A stretch of DNA of 64,000 nt from an uncultured delta proteobacterium (GCA_963761335.1 CAVXGR010000015.1:320001-384000), one strand, 5' to 3'. Shown: positions 1-10,880, counted from the first letter of the stretch. Made by a program: numbers and translations. Notes: a model not told the origin generated them from the sequence alone.

Positions 1-1018
1 TCCGCTCTACGATCTGTCGGCGATGACGCTGCGCAAGGTGGCGCGACTGTGGGCGATGCGGCCGTCGCCGCTGGTCTCGGTTCTGAACGGTCCCATGCAG
101 GAGAAGCTCATCGAGCCGTTCCACCGCTACCTCGACAGCCTCGGCGTCGCCGTTCACGCGAATCGACCCGTGGAACGGCTGCGGCTCTCCGGTGGTCGGG
201 TCGTCGGCCTCGCCATGCGCGGGGGCGTTCGCTGCCCGATCGAGACCGGCGCCGACGACGTCTTCGTGCTCGCCGTGCCGCCCGAGGCGGTCCTCAGACT
301 GGTCGACGCCGAGCTGATCGAAGCCGAGCTTCAGGGCAGGGACGAGAAGGACGATCGAGTCGGGCTGGCGGACCTGGGCTCGCTGCACAGCGCGCCGATG
401 GCCGCCCTGCACATCGAGCTCAAGCGGCGGATCCGCGGCATTCCCGCCGAGCCGGTGTTTCTCGAGAGCTCGCGTTACGGCATCAGCTTTCTCGACGTGG
501 CGCCGCACTGGGGGCTGGAGCGGACGCGATTGCACCTGATCGCCGCCGGCTACGAGAGGCTGCGCTGCCTGCCGCTGGAGGAGGCCCGCCAGCTCATCCT
601 CGAGGAGCTGCTCGAGTACGTGCCCGCGATCGAGCGCGGCGATCTACCCGAGGATGGCGGCTATCTGCAGGCGCACGTGGAGCAGCCGCTTTTCCTGAAC
701 ACGGTCGCCGCTTGGCACTATCGCCCGGAGACGACGACCGGAGTGCGCAACCTGTTCGTGGCGGGGGACTACTGCCGCACCCAGGCCGACCTGACGACCA
801 TGGAGGGCGCGGTGATGTCGGGGCTGAATACCAGCGGGGCGATTCTGACGTCCATGGGCCGGACGACTCGCGTCCGCGCCCGACCGCTTCCGGAGCCGCC
901 GTGGTTGGCCCTGCAGCTCGCCAAGTATGCGGCCCTGCCCCTGATCGTCCCGCTGACGCTCTGGAATCGGGCCATCTCCCGCCTCAGCGATCTCGGAGGT
1001 GACGGTGCCGCGCACTAG
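1..1018 (+). CDS. FAD-dependent oxidoreductase (amine oxidase / carotenoid-desaturase / HpnE-like family), 5' end outside the window
   Basis: Frame is open from the window edge. C-terminal motif NLFVAGDYCRT..TMEGAVMSG; clearly paralogous to the next two ORFs. Confidence 0.8.
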   Translation, partial: PLYDLSAMTLRKVARLWAMRPSPLVSVLNGPMQEKLIEPFHRYLDSLGVAVHANRPVERLRLSGGRVVGLAMRGGVRCPIETGADDVFVLAVPPEAVLRLVDAELIEAELQGRDEKDDRVGLADLGSLHSAPMAALHIELKRRIRGIPAEPVFLESSRYGISFLDVAPHWGLERTRLHLIAAGYERLRCLPLEEARQLILEELLEYVPAIERGDLPEDGGYLQAHVEQPLFLNTVAAWHYRPETTTGVRNLFVAGDYCRTQADLTTMEGAVMSGLNTSGAILTSMGRTTRVRARPLPEPPWLALQLAKYAALPLIVPLTLWNRAISRLSDLGGDGAAH

Positions 1019-2690
1019 ACGCAACGGAAAGAAGAGGGGCAGGACGCCGGCGCGGCGAAGAGGCGCGGCGCCACAGTCGCGGCGCGTCTTCGTCATCGGT
1101 GGCGGCCTGGCGGGGATGACCGTGGCCAAGGAGCTCGCCGAGCGGGGCCTGCCGGTCTTTCTCATCGAAGGCAGCAAGCGCCTGGGCGGCAAGGCCGGGG
1201 CCGAGAGGTACGGCCAATACGTCGAGGATCACGGCTTTCACGTCTTCCCCGCCTGGTACCTGAACACCCGCGCCCTCCTGTCCGACCTCGCCTGCGACGG
1301 CAACCTGGACGACTTCCACCGGTTTCACTTCCTGAGCCGGGGGGAGTTCCCCCGCTACGTCAGCACCCACGAGTTCAGCTCCCTTGGCGGCTGGCTGCAG
1401 AACCTGTTCACCTCGGTGCTGCCGCGGTCCGAGAACCTGCTGTCGTATTTCGCTCTGCTCGAGCTCGCCTGCGAGCCGTTCTCGCACCGCAGCTTCCTCG
1501 ATCGCGTCAGCGCCAGCGGCTTTCTGCGCTCGCGGCCGTACGCCACGGATTCAATTGCCGCCTACCATCATCAGAGTGTGCTGCAGGCCAGTGCCGTTCC
1601 CGATTCCGAGTTCTCGGCAATGACGCTGCAGAAGGTCATTCGGCTGTGGATGTGGCACCCATCGCCGCTCTACTCGGTGCTCAATACCGACCTGCAGGAC
1701 GGCTTCATCACCCCCTTCAAGAGGCGTTTGTGCATGCGTGGCGTCTCGATCCACACCGACCTGCAGGTGAAGCGGCTCTTGCTCGAGGCGAACCGGGTCA
1801 GCGGCATCGTGACGCAGAAGGGAGCCGACGAGCTGTCGCTGTCCAAAACGATATTGAACCCCGCGGCCGGCGACATCTTCGTCCTGGCCACTCCGCATCA
1901 CGTTAGCTGGGACATTCTGCGCGGCTCGCCGACCTATGCGGAGGATCTCGTCGGAACGCAAAAACATGCGGACGCCGACGGCGAGGCGGGCACCGGCTCG
2001 TCGAGCTCGGAGAGCGGGCTACTCAACGCCGACAACTTCGGCCTCGCCAACCTCGCCAAGCTGCAGAGCGTGCCCATCGTCTCCCTGCACATCCATCTCA
2101 AGCGCCGTCTTGCCAACATTCCTCCCGAGCACATCAACCTGGTCGGCTCGCGCTATGGGATCACGCTCATCGACGTCGGCCAGCACTGGGACGACCTCGA
2201 TCACACGGCTCTCAACTTGAACGCCACCAACTACGCGCCCCTGGCCGGGCTGGCGCAGCACCGCATCGCCGACGTGCTGATCGACGAGCTGCTCGAGTAT
2301 TTCCCGCAGATCACGCGCGCCGACTTCGCGACCGAGCCCTGCCTGCAGACGCACGACCGTCAACCGCTCTTTCTCAACACCACCGGCGCCTGGCAGTATC
2401 GCCCGGTGGCGCGAACCTCCGTGCCCAATCTGTACGTGGCCGGCGACTATTGCCGCACCCAGGTCGACTTCACGACCATGGAGAGCGCCGTGATGTCGGG
2501 CATGCGCACCGCCGGGGCGATCCTGGAAGATCTCGGGCGTCCGGCAATTGCGCCAAAGCCATTGTCGATGCCGCCCCTGGCCCTGCTGTGGGCGCTGCGC
2601 TCCGTGGCCGCGCCGCTGGTGGCGCCGCTGGCGGCCTGGAAATGGGCGGACCGCCAGCTTCGCGAGCTGCGGCAGTCGCCGTGGTGGTGA
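999..2690 (+). CDS. FAD-dependent oxidoreductase (carotenoid-desaturase / HpnE-like)
   Basis: Rossmann motif VIGGGLAG..E..LGGK, EDHGFHVF motif, C-terminal AGDYCRT..TMESAV. Confidence 0.85.
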   Translation: MTVPRTRRNGKKRGRTPARRRGAAPQSRRVFVIGGGLAGMTVAKELAERGLPVFLIEGSKRLGGKAGAERYGQYVEDHGFHVFPAWYLNTRALLSDLACDGNLDDFHRFHFLSRGEFPRYVSTHEFSSLGGWLQNLFTSVLPRSENLLSYFALLELACEPFSHRSFLDRVSASGFLRSRPYATDSIAAYHHQSVLQASAVPDSEFSAMTLQKVIRLWMWHPSPLYSVLNTDLQDGFITPFKRRLCMRGVSIHTDLQVKRLLLEANRVSGIVTQKGADELSLSKTILNPAAGDIFVLATPHHVSWDILRGSPTYAEDLVGTQKHADADGEAGTGSSSSESGLLNADNFGLANLAKLQSVPIVSLHIHLKRRLANIPPEHINLVGSRYGITLIDVGQHWDDLDHTALNLNATNYAPLAGLAQHRIADVLIDELLEYFPQITRADFATEPCLQTHDRQPLFLNTTGAWQYRPVARTSVPNLYVAGDYCRTQVDFTTMESAVMSGMRTAGAILEDLGRPAIAPKPLSMPPLALLWALRSVAAPLVAPLAAWKWADRQLRELRQSPWW

Positions 2691-4300
2691 CGAGGCGGAC
2701 GGTGGCGCGAGCCTCGCAGCCGATTCGGCGCGCCGTGGTCATCGGCGGCGGCCTCGCCGGGATGACCGCCGCCAAGGAGCTGGCGAAGCGCGACGTCCGC
2801 GTCACGCTGCTCGAGGGCAGCCACTACCTCGGCGGCAAGGCGACGGCGCGACCGCTGCGCGGGCATCTCGAGGACCATGGCTTTCACATCTTCGCGCCGT
2901 GGTACGTGAACACCCTGGCGCTTCTCGAGGAGATCGACTGCTCCAGAAATCTCATCCCCATCCGCCAGACGCACTTCCTGCATCGCGGTGACTACCCGCG
3001 CACCCGGCTCATGCGCGAGTGGTCGAGCGTCTGGAATGGGCTGCTCAACGTGGTCGACGGGGCCCTGCCGTGGCACGAAGCGCTGCTCGCTTACTACTTC
3101 GCCATGGACCTGGCGAGCGAGCCGTACCGGCGGCGCGCCTACCTCGATCGCCTCAGCGGCCACGGCTTTTTCCGCTCGCGCTTCTACTACTCCGAGGCGG
3201 CGGCCAACTTTCATCACCAGACCGTTCTGCAGGCGGCCGCCGTTCCCTACTGGAACTGCTCGGCGATGACCTTGCGCCGCCTGTTCAAGGCCTGGCTCAC
3301 GCAGCTGTCGCCGTGCTTCTCGATTCTCGACGGGAACCTCCGCGACCGCTTCATCGAGCCTTTCGCCGAGCGGCTGCGCGCGCTCGGAGTCGAGGTGATC
3401 ACCGATTGTCGCGTGGTGCGGCTCGACACCGAGGGCGGACGCATCCGGCGACTGGTCTGCGCCGGGCGCGAGCGGCAACGGGCACCACAGCTGGACGCGG
3501 GCAGTGCCGTGGTCCTGGCAGTGCCGCATGCCCACGCTTGGCGGCTCATCGACTCGCACCTTCTCGAGACGGAGCACCGGGTGAACGCCGATCGCAGAGA
3601 CCGCAGAGGCGGCCCGGTGCCTCTCGCCGGCCTCGGCGAGCTGATCAGCGCGCCGATGGCGGCGCTGCATCTGCACCTCAATCGGCGCCTCTCGGATCTG
3701 CCCAAGGAGCACGTGAATCTGGTCGACTCGCGATACGGGACGACCCTGGTCGACGTGGCGCCGCACTGGGGATTGGAGCACAGCCGGATTCACCTGATCG
3801 CAGCGAACTTCTACCCGCTGATGCACCTGACCCAGGCGGAGGCGAAGCGCTTCATCGTCGAGGAGCTTGCCGAGTTCGTCACCGAGCTCGATCCCGAGCG
3901 CGACATCGAATCCGGGGTTCTGCAGCCGCACGTGAATGAGCCGCTGTTCCTCAACACCATCGGCGCCTGGGCGGCGCGGCCGGAATCGGTGACGGCCGTC
4001 GACAACCTCTACATGGCGGGCGACTACTGCCGCACCGACGCCGATCTGGCGACCATGGAAAGCGCGGTCGTCTCCGGTCTCAACGCGGCGCAGGCGATCC
4101 TGCGGCGCTGCGGCAAGGCCCCCGAGATCGCTCCGCAACCAATCCCCCGACCGGCACCCGCCCTGCTCGCCGGACTGCGCTACGCGCCGCTGCCGGCGGT
4201 GCTGGCGATCGCTACCGCCAAGCGTTTGCAGTCCGAGGGCGCCGCGTGGCAGGAGCATTGGGAACGGTTCTGGGGGAACGCGCAAGCGAGCGACGTATGA
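2687..4300 (+). CDS. FAD-dependent oxidoreductase (third paralogue)
   Basis: GTG start overlaps the previous TGA (GTGA 2687-2690). Same GGGLAG, EDHGFH and AGDYCRT motifs. Confidence 0.85.
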   Translation: MTRRTVARASQPIRRAVVIGGGLAGMTAAKELAKRDVRVTLLEGSHYLGGKATARPLRGHLEDHGFHIFAPWYVNTLALLEEIDCSRNLIPIRQTHFLHRGDYPRTRLMREWSSVWNGLLNVVDGALPWHEALLAYYFAMDLASEPYRRRAYLDRLSGHGFFRSRFYYSEAAANFHHQTVLQAAAVPYWNCSAMTLRRLFKAWLTQLSPCFSILDGNLRDRFIEPFAERLRALGVEVITDCRVVRLDTEGGRIRRLVCAGRERQRAPQLDAGSAVVLAVPHAHAWRLIDSHLLETEHRVNADRRDRRGGPVPLAGLGELISAPMAALHLHLNRRLSDLPKEHVNLVDSRYGTTLVDVAPHWGLEHSRIHLIAANFYPLMHLTQAEAKRFIVEELAEFVTELDPERDIESGVLQPHVNEPLFLNTIGAWAARPESVTAVDNLYMAGDYCRTDADLATMESAVVSGLNAAQAILRRCGKAPEIAPQPIPRPAPALLAGLRYAPLPAVLAIATAKRLQSEGAAWQEHWERFWGNAQASDV

Positions 4301-7300
4301 TGGAGGAGCTCCCGGGCGAGCAGTACACGGCGAGCATGCCGGCCCTCTTCGTCGGCCGGACGGCCGAGCTCGCCCATCTCGATGCCGGCCTGGAGGATGC
4401 GCTCGGCGGGCGCGGCCGGGTTTTCCTGATCACCGGCGACGCCGGCATCGGCAAGAGCCGGCTGGCGCGGGAGGTGGCGGAGCGCGCCGGCTCTCGCGGA
4501 ACGGCGGCCCTGTGGGGACGGTGCTGGGAGAGCGGCGGCGCGCCTTCCTTCTGGCCGTGGGTGCAGGCGCTGCGCGGCCTGGCGCGATCGAGTGGCGCCC
4601 CCGGACGGGCACCCGCCGCTGGCAACCAGGGCGAGCCCGGCCTTCCGGAGCTGGCTGCCATCGTCGGCGCCGCGGGCGAGATTCACCAGCCCACCAGCGA
4701 CCGCGACCAGACGCGATTCCTCCTGTTCGATGCGACGGTGCGCCTCCTTTGCGCCGCCGCCGCGGAACGGCCTCTCCTGCTCGTGCTCGAGGACCTGCAC
4801 GCCGCCGATGTCGACTCGCTCCTGCTGCTGCGCTTCGTTTCCCAGCAGCTGATCGACATGCGGATGCTGCTTGTCGGCACCTATCGCGACTCCGAGGCGC
4901 GGGCGCAGCCGCAGGTCGGAGAGATCCTCGGCGGAGTGGCGCGCGACGCCAGCTCGGTCCCCCTGCGCGGCTGGTCCGAGTCGGAGGTCGCCCAATACGT
5001 CGATGCCGGCGTGCGCGTTCCACGCGCAGGCGCGCGCGTCGATCGTGTGCTGACCGAGACGGTGTGCCGTATCACCGAAGGGAACCCGTTCTTCGTCGAG
5101 GAGATCGTGCGCTTGTGGAACGCCGAAGGGCTGCCGCAAGCTGCCCGCGGCGGGGTCGAGTTCGGCGTTCGCATCCCAGACCAGGTGCGGGATGCGGTCC
5201 GCCGCCGCTTGGCGCTGCTGCCGCCGGAGAGCGCCGCGTTGTTGAACGTCGCCTCGGTCATCGGACGGGAGTTCGAGGTCGATATTCTTTCCGGCGCCTG
5301 CGGCGCCGCAAACGGCGGCCCGCACGACCTTCTGGCGCCGGCGGTGACCGCCGGCGTCATCGCCCCGGTGTCGCCCTTGCTCACCCGCTACAGCTTCAGC
5401 CACGTCCTGATCCGCGACACGCTCTATCACGACCTTCCCGCCGTGCGCCGCGCCGAGCTGCATCGGCGGGTTGCCGTCGCCATCGAGACGGTGCGAGCGA
5501 CGGCCCTGGAGGCGCACTTCGCGGATCTGGCGCGCCACTATTTGGCCGCCGGCGAGAGCGGTGGCGAGCTGGCGACCAGCTACGCCCTGCGCGCTGCGGA
5601 GCACGCGACTGCGGCCTGTGCGTATGCCGACGCCGTGGGGCACTGCGAGCGCGCCCTCGAGGCGTTTGCGGCGCAGCCGAGCGCCGATCCGCTTCAGGCG
5701 AAGCGCCGCCGCTGCGATCTCCTGTTGCGCCTAGGGGCGGCGCAGAACGCCGCCGGACAGCGCTACCAGGCGCGCGACACCTTTCGCGATGCCGCCAAGC
5801 TGGCCCGGGAGCTGTCCCTTCCGGAGGATCTGGCGCGGGCCGCCCTCGGTTTCGGCGGCTCGTGGGACGGGGCGGCCGAGGTCGTCAAGCTCGACCCGCC
5901 CGACGCGACGCAGTTCGACGACACCCTGCCGCGCCTGCTGCGTGAGGCCCTCGATATGCTGGGCGATCGCTGCCCGGCGCTGCGCGCGCGCCTGCTGAGT
6001 CGCCTGGCGGTCGAGCTCTACTTCACCGGCACGCCCGCGCAACGCGAGGTGCTGGCGCAGGAGGCGATCACCCTGGCGCGGCGGCTCAGCGATCCCTTGG
6101 CTCTGGCGACCGTGCTCTGGGACGCGCATCTGGCGGTGTGGGGTCCGGACAACGTCAGCGCCCGCCGCGGAATGGCGGAGGAGGTCGTCGAGCTGGGTGA
6201 GCGGGCCGGCGACTACGGTCTGCAGCTGCACGGCAGGGCCTGGTTGATCGCCGACCTGCTCGAGCTCGGTGATGGGGCGCGCCTCGAGATCGAGTTCGAG
6301 CGCTTTCGCCGGCTCGCCGAGGCGTATCGCCAGCCGATGCACCTGTGGGCCGTGAAGAATCACTGTGCTCAGCAGGCGCTGCTGACCGGCGACTACGCCG
6401 ACGCCGAGCGCTTCGCGCAGGAGGCGCTGGGTATCGGACAGGGCGTCCTGCCGGCGGCGTTCATCGCCTACGGCGTCCAGATGGCCGCCGTTCAGCGCGA
6501 CTGCGGGCGCTTCGAAGAGCTCGCCGCGGGCGAGATGCTGCTGCGCGGGCTTGCCGAGCAGTACCCCGGGATCCCCAGCCCGCGGGTGGCTCTAACGCAT
6601 CTCCTCGTCGTTCTCGGTCGTCTCGACGAGGCTCGCGTCGAGCTCGATCGCCTGGCGGCGCGCGACTTCGAGGACCTCGCTCGCGACCTCGGCTGGACGA
6701 GCGTGGTGGTCGAGCTGGCCGAGATCTGCGCCGCTCTCGGAGATCGGCAACGTGCCGGCGCGCTGTATCCGCTGCTGCTTCCCTGTGCCGCGTACGTCGT
6801 CGTCAGTCCCTATCATGCCACCTGCTGGGGCTCGGTGGCGCGATCGCTGGGCGTTCTCGCCACCATGCTGGAGGACTGGACGGCGGCCGAAGCTCACTTT
6901 GCGGTGGCCCTGGAGCGCAACCGCCGGCTGCGGGCGCGCCCCTGGATCGCGCGTGCGCAGCTCGATTACGCGCGCATGCTGTGCGCGCGCCACCAGCCGG
7001 GGGACCCCGCCAAGGCGCGTGCTCTGCTGGAGGAAGCGGAGGCGACCGCCGACGCACTCGGTATGCGGCCTCTGTCCGAGCGCATCCGCGCCGTACGGCA
7101 GGGCGTGGACGAGGAACCCACTGCGGCGGTAGTCTCTGCGGATCCCTTGGCGCCGCTTTCGAGCGGAGAGCTCGTCTACCGCTTCTCGCGTCGGGGGCAG
7201 TTCTGGCAGATCGCCTTCGGCGGCGATTCCTGCACTCTCAAGGACACGCGCGGGCTGCAGTTCATTGCTCGCCTCCTGCAGTCTCCGCAGCGCGAGCTCC

Positions 7301-7743
7301 ACGCGCTCGATCTCGTGCAGGGCTTGGAGCACGAGCGCGCCGCGTCCTCGGGATCGCCGGCTGGCGTGGCCGAGGGCGACTCCGGTCCGCTTCTCGATCC
7401 ACAGGCGAGGACGGCCTACAAACAGCGACTCGAGGAGCTCGGGGAAGAGCTGGAAGAGGCGCAGGCGTTCAACGATGCCGGGCGCGCCGAGCGAGTCCGC
7501 GAGGAGATCGACTTCCTCACCCGCGAGCTGACCCGCGCCTTCGGTATCGGCGGCCGCGAACGCCGCGCCGGCTCGAACGCCGAGCGGGCGCGGATCAACG
7601 TCACCCGCGCCATCGCCGCGGCCCTCAAGCAGATCGGCGCGCACCACCCACCGCTGTCGGAGCACCTGAAGAAGACGATCAGGACCGGAACCTTCTGCAG
7701 CTACAATCCCGACCCGCGTGTGCCGATCGATTGGCAGCTGTGA
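4297..7743 (+). CDS. STAND-type AAA ATPase / TPR-like transcriptional regulator (MalT/LAL-like) with C-terminal DNA-binding domain
   Basis: ATGA overlap start. FVGRxxEL, Walker A GDAGIGKS, Walker B LLVLEDLH, GNPFF, helical repeats, C-terminal ERARINVTRAI..IRTGTFCSY. Confidence 0.85.
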   Translation: MMEELPGEQYTASMPALFVGRTAELAHLDAGLEDALGGRGRVFLITGDAGIGKSRLAREVAERAGSRGTAALWGRCWESGGAPSFWPWVQALRGLARSSGAPGRAPAAGNQGEPGLPELAAIVGAAGEIHQPTSDRDQTRFLLFDATVRLLCAAAAERPLLLVLEDLHAADVDSLLLLRFVSQQLIDMRMLLVGTYRDSEARAQPQVGEILGGVARDASSVPLRGWSESEVAQYVDAGVRVPRAGARVDRVLTETVCRITEGNPFFVEEIVRLWNAEGLPQAARGGVEFGVRIPDQVRDAVRRRLALLPPESAALLNVASVIGREFEVDILSGACGAANGGPHDLLAPAVTAGVIAPVSPLLTRYSFSHVLIRDTLYHDLPAVRRAELHRRVAVAIETVRATALEAHFADLARHYLAAGESGGELATSYALRAAEHATAACAYADAVGHCERALEAFAAQPSADPLQAKRRRCDLLLRLGAAQNAAGQRYQARDTFRDAAKLARELSLPEDLARAALGFGGSWDGAAEVVKLDPPDATQFDDTLPRLLREALDMLGDRCPALRARLLSRLAVELYFTGTPAQREVLAQEAITLARRLSDPLALATVLWDAHLAVWGPDNVSARRGMAEEVVELGERAGDYGLQLHGRAWLIADLLELGDGARLEIEFERFRRLAEAYRQPMHLWAVKNHCAQQALLTGDYADAERFAQEALGIGQGVLPAAFIAYGVQMAAVQRDCGRFEELAAGEMLLRGLAEQYPGIPSPRVALTHLLVVLGRLDEARVELDRLAARDFEDLARDLGWTSVVVELAEICAALGDRQRAGALYPLLLPCAAYVVVSPYHATCWGSVARSLGVLATMLEDWTAAEAHFAVALERNRRLRARPWIARAQLDYARMLCARHQPGDPAKARALLEEAEATADALGMRPLSERIRAVRQGVDEEPTAAVVSADPLAPLSSGELVYRFSRRGQFWQIAFGGDSCTLKDTRGLQFIARLLQSPQRELHALDLVQGLEHERAASSGSPAGVAEGDSGPLLDPQARTAYKQRLEELGEELEEAQAFNDAGRAERVREEIDFLTRELTRAFGIGGRERRAGSNAERARINVTRAIAAALKQIGAHHPPLSEHLKKTIRTGTFCSYNPDPRVPIDWQL

Positions 7744-7791
7744 GCGGGCGGCGCGTGGCGGGGCGCGCCAAGCAACGATATATCGATCCGC

Positions 7792-8820
7792 ATGACAGAG
7801 CCTGTCCCGCCCTTTCCGGAGGTCGCCGTCCTCCTCGGAGATCCGCTGCTGCCCGATGCGACCAAGGTCGATCGCTGCTTCAGCGCCGAGGACCTGGAGT
7901 CGGTGGAGCGCATGAAGGCGGCGCTGGCCGAGCTGAGGCAGTACCGATTCACCTACCTGAACGATCACCGCACCCTGCTGTCGGACCTGATGGCGCGGCC
8001 GCCATCCTTTCTCTTCAACCTGTGTGACACGGGCTTCCGCAACGAGGCGGCGCACGAGCTGCATCTGCCGGCGCTCCTCGATCTCCTGGGGATCCCTTAC
8101 AGCGGTGCGGGGCCGGCGGGCATGGCGGTGTGCTATGACAAGTCTCTGGTGCGCGCCGTCGCCGCCGCCCACGGCGTCCCCGTGCCGCGTGAGCTGTTCC
8201 TGCGCGCCGGTAGCCGCGCCGAGATTCCCGCTGACGCGTACCCGGCACTGATCAAGCCGAACCGCGGCGACGGCAGCGTCGGCATCACCCAGAAGGCGGT
8301 GGTGCGCTCGGCGGCGGAAGCGGCGGAATACCTCGACTGGCTGCGCCGCGAGTGGCCCGGCCGAGACGCCCTGGTACAGGAGTTCCTCGGCGGCACCGAG
8401 TACGGCGTCGGCCTGATCGGCAATCCGGGTCTCGGGTTCACCGTGCTGCCGCCGATGGAGGTCGATTACAGCAGTCTCGATGCGGGTCTGGCGCCCATCC
8501 TCTCCTACGAATCGAAGACCGTCCCCAGCTCGCCGTACTGGAGCCAGATTCACTTCCGCGCGGCGCGCCTCGACGGGGCGACCGTCGAGCGACTCGTCGC
8601 CCATGCGGCTCTGCTGTTCGAGCGGCTCCAGTGCCGCGACTACGCGCGTTTCGACTTTCGCGCCGACGCCGCCGGCGAGATCAAGCTCATGGAGGTGAAC
8701 GCCAACCCCGCCTGGTGCTGGGACGGCAAGCTCAACTTCATGGCCGGATTTGCCGGCTGGAGCTACGCCCAACTTCTGCGCGCCATCCTCGAGACGGCGC
8801 AGCGGCGGTGCGGGCAGTAG
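7792..8820 (+). CDS. D-Ala-D-Ala ligase-like ATP-grasp enzyme
   Basis: FNLCD, GIPYSG, YDKSL, ALIKP, DYARFDFR, MEVNANP. Lacks the canonical Ddl N-terminal GGxSxE motif. Confidence 0.8.
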   Translation: MTEPVPPFPEVAVLLGDPLLPDATKVDRCFSAEDLESVERMKAALAELRQYRFTYLNDHRTLLSDLMARPPSFLFNLCDTGFRNEAAHELHLPALLDLLGIPYSGAGPAGMAVCYDKSLVRAVAAAHGVPVPRELFLRAGSRAEIPADAYPALIKPNRGDGSVGITQKAVVRSAAEAAEYLDWLRREWPGRDALVQEFLGGTEYGVGLIGNPGLGFTVLPPMEVDYSSLDAGLAPILSYESKTVPSSPYWSQIHFRAARLDGATVERLVAHAALLFERLQCRDYARFDFRADAAGEIKLMEVNANPAWCWDGKLNFMAGFAGWSYAQLLRAILETAQRRCGQ

Positions 8821-8843
8821 GAGAAGCGCCGTTGTCGCGGCCC

Positions 8844-10880
8844 CTACACCAGATCGCGGCGGACCTTGCGGTCCCAGCTGCGGCGGAAGACGCACTCTTC
8901 GCCTTCGTAGGCGCGCAGCTCGGCCTGGAGGCGAAACGCCTCACGGTCTGCCGAGAAGTGCGTGTGCGTCTCGATGCGGGTCGACCAGGCGCCGCGGCAG
9001 AAGATTGTCGTCTGCCGCACCTCGGCCCGCGCCGACAGCGGATCTTCCTCGCTGATGCGGCAGCACTTGAGGATGACGTTGCCGACGTCGAGATCGATGG
9101 CGTGCACGCGGGCGAGGGCGGCGCCCTCGAACTCGCCCCCATCGCTGGAGATCGTGTAGACGGTCTCGTTGGTCGCCAGATCGCGTTCGATGGTGCGCTT
9201 GAAGGTCGCCGGCCGCAGCTCGGTGTGCTCGAGGGGCGGTCCTTGCTCGGGTTCCTTGAACGCGGGCAGCTGCTCGTCCTCGGCGCGGGGCGGGCGAACC
9301 GGCAGCTCCAGAGAGCTGGCACCGGTGAACAGGGTCAGCATGACCGGCTCCGGTGATGGCCAGGCGAGCGGCCAGTAGCTGGTGGAGATTGCCAGCCGGA
9401 TGCGGTGGCCCGCCGGAAAGACGTGGGCGATGTCGTTGAGGGCGACCGTCACCCGGTAGCGGTGGCCGATCTCGAGCGGCTGCGGATGCTCGTGCCCGCC
9501 TCGGTGTGTCAGGTTGAGGAGCCCATAGGTCACCCGCGTCGAGGCCCCGTCCGCCGCCACATCGTTCAGGCGGACGGCGATCATGGCGCTGGGCCGGTCG
9601 ACGGCGAGATCGAGTGTGACGACGGGGGCGCCGAGGATCTCCAGCCGCCCCTGGAGCGGCACCGAATCGAAGCTCAGCGACTTGCCGTCCTCCTCGCGCT
9701 GACCGGTCGGCATCTCGCCTTCGGCGCCGAAGCCGCACCAGTCTCCGGCGGCGAGACCAGTGGTCTGCGGCGAGGTGAACTGCAGCCGCACCTCGCGCTC
9801 GCACTCATCGCTCAGACGACCGAGGTTGATGGCCAAGCGCTTCCAGGCGAGACGCGGCGACGGCCAGCTCTCTTCCGCCACCCAGCGCCCCGGACGCGTC
9901 TCGTAATACGGCCGCGGCGGCACGTTCTCCTGCATCCAAGCTCGATATGTCGGCTCGTCCATGATCCCCGTGTCGATTCCACGCAGCCAGTGATCCCACC
10001 AGCGCAGCGCTTCCTGGAGGAAACCGATGGTCGGTCCGGGGACGCCGTCGTGCGGGAACACGTGTGCCCACGGACCGATCAGTCCTTTGCGCGGGACCTT
10101 CAAGCCGCGCAGGAGCCGCGGAACGGTGTTCGAGTAGCCGTCGGCCCAGCCACCGATGGCGTACACCGGGCAGATGATTCGCCCGTAGTCCTCGCATACG
10201 GAGCCGTGCTTCCAGTAGGCGTCCCGCCGCTGGTGCTCGAGCCAAATGGCGGGAAAGAGCACGGCGTGCTCCAGGCGGTCGAGCCACATCCGCCGCCAGC
10301 GTTCACCGACCAGCGCGGGATCGGGGGGATAGGCGTTGAACTGCAGCAGCACCGAGCCCCAGGTGAGGTTCTCGTTGAGGAGGCAGCCGCCCATGTAGTG
10401 GGCGTCATCCGCATAGCGATCATCGGTGGAGCACAGAGTGATGATCGCCTTCAGCTCCTGGGGCTGCCGCGCCGCGACCTGGAGCGAGTTGAAGCCGCCC
10501 CACGAGATGCCCATCATGCCGACGTTGCCGCTGCACCACGGCTGTGAGGCGATCCAGCGGATGGCCTCGACGGCGTCGTCCTGCTCCTGCTGAAGATACT
10601 CGTCGAGCAGCAAGCCATCTGATTCGCCCGAGCCGCGGACGTCGACGCGGACGGCGGCGTAGCCGTGGCCGGCGAAGTAGCGATGCATCGGCTCGTCGCG
10701 GGCGCGGGTGAAGTCGCGCTTGCGGTAGGGGATGTACTCGAAGATCGCCGGCACCGGCCGGCGCTCGGCGCCTTCGGGGAGCCAGATCCGGGCCGCCAGC
10801 CGGCAACCGTCGGGCATGGGGATCCACAGGTTCTCGATCTCCTGAACCCGATGCGGAAACGAGTCGACGACTTTCGCCAT
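8844..10880 (-). CDS. CocE/NonD family hydrolase (X-Pro dipeptidyl-peptidase S15-like)
   Basis: EYIPYRKRD, nucleophile GISWGG, GPWAH, C-terminal PepX_C-like domain. Confidence 0.9.
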   Translation of the reverse strand: MAKVVDSFPHRVQEIENLWIPMPDGCRLAARIWLPEGAERRPVPAIFEYIPYRKRDFTRARDEPMHRYFAGHGYAAVRVDVRGSGESDGLLLDEYLQQEQDDAVEAIRWIASQPWCSGNVGMMGISWGGFNSLQVAARQPQELKAIITLCSTDDRYADDAHYMGGCLLNENLTWGSVLLQFNAYPPDPALVGERWRRMWLDRLEHAVLFPAIWLEHQRRDAYWKHGSVCEDYGRIICPVYAIGGWADGYSNTVPRLLRGLKVPRKGLIGPWAHVFPHDGVPGPTIGFLQEALRWWDHWLRGIDTGIMDEPTYRAWMQENVPPRPYYETRPGRWVAEESWPSPRLAWKRLAINLGRLSDECEREVRLQFTSPQTTGLAAGDWCGFGAEGEMPTGQREEDGKSLSFDSVPLQGRLEILGAPVVTLDLAVDRPSAMIAVRLNDVAADGASTRVTYGLLNLTHRGGHEHPQPLEIGHRYRVTVALNDIAHVFPAGHRIRLAISTSYWPLAWPSPEPVMLTLFTGASSLELPVRPPRAEDEQLPAFKEPEQGPPLEHTELRPATFKRTIERDLATNETVYTISSDGGEFEGAALARVHAIDLDVGNVILKCCRISEEDPLSARAEVRQTTIFCRGAWSTRIETHTHFSADREAFRLQAELRAYEGEECVFRRSWDRKVRRDLV

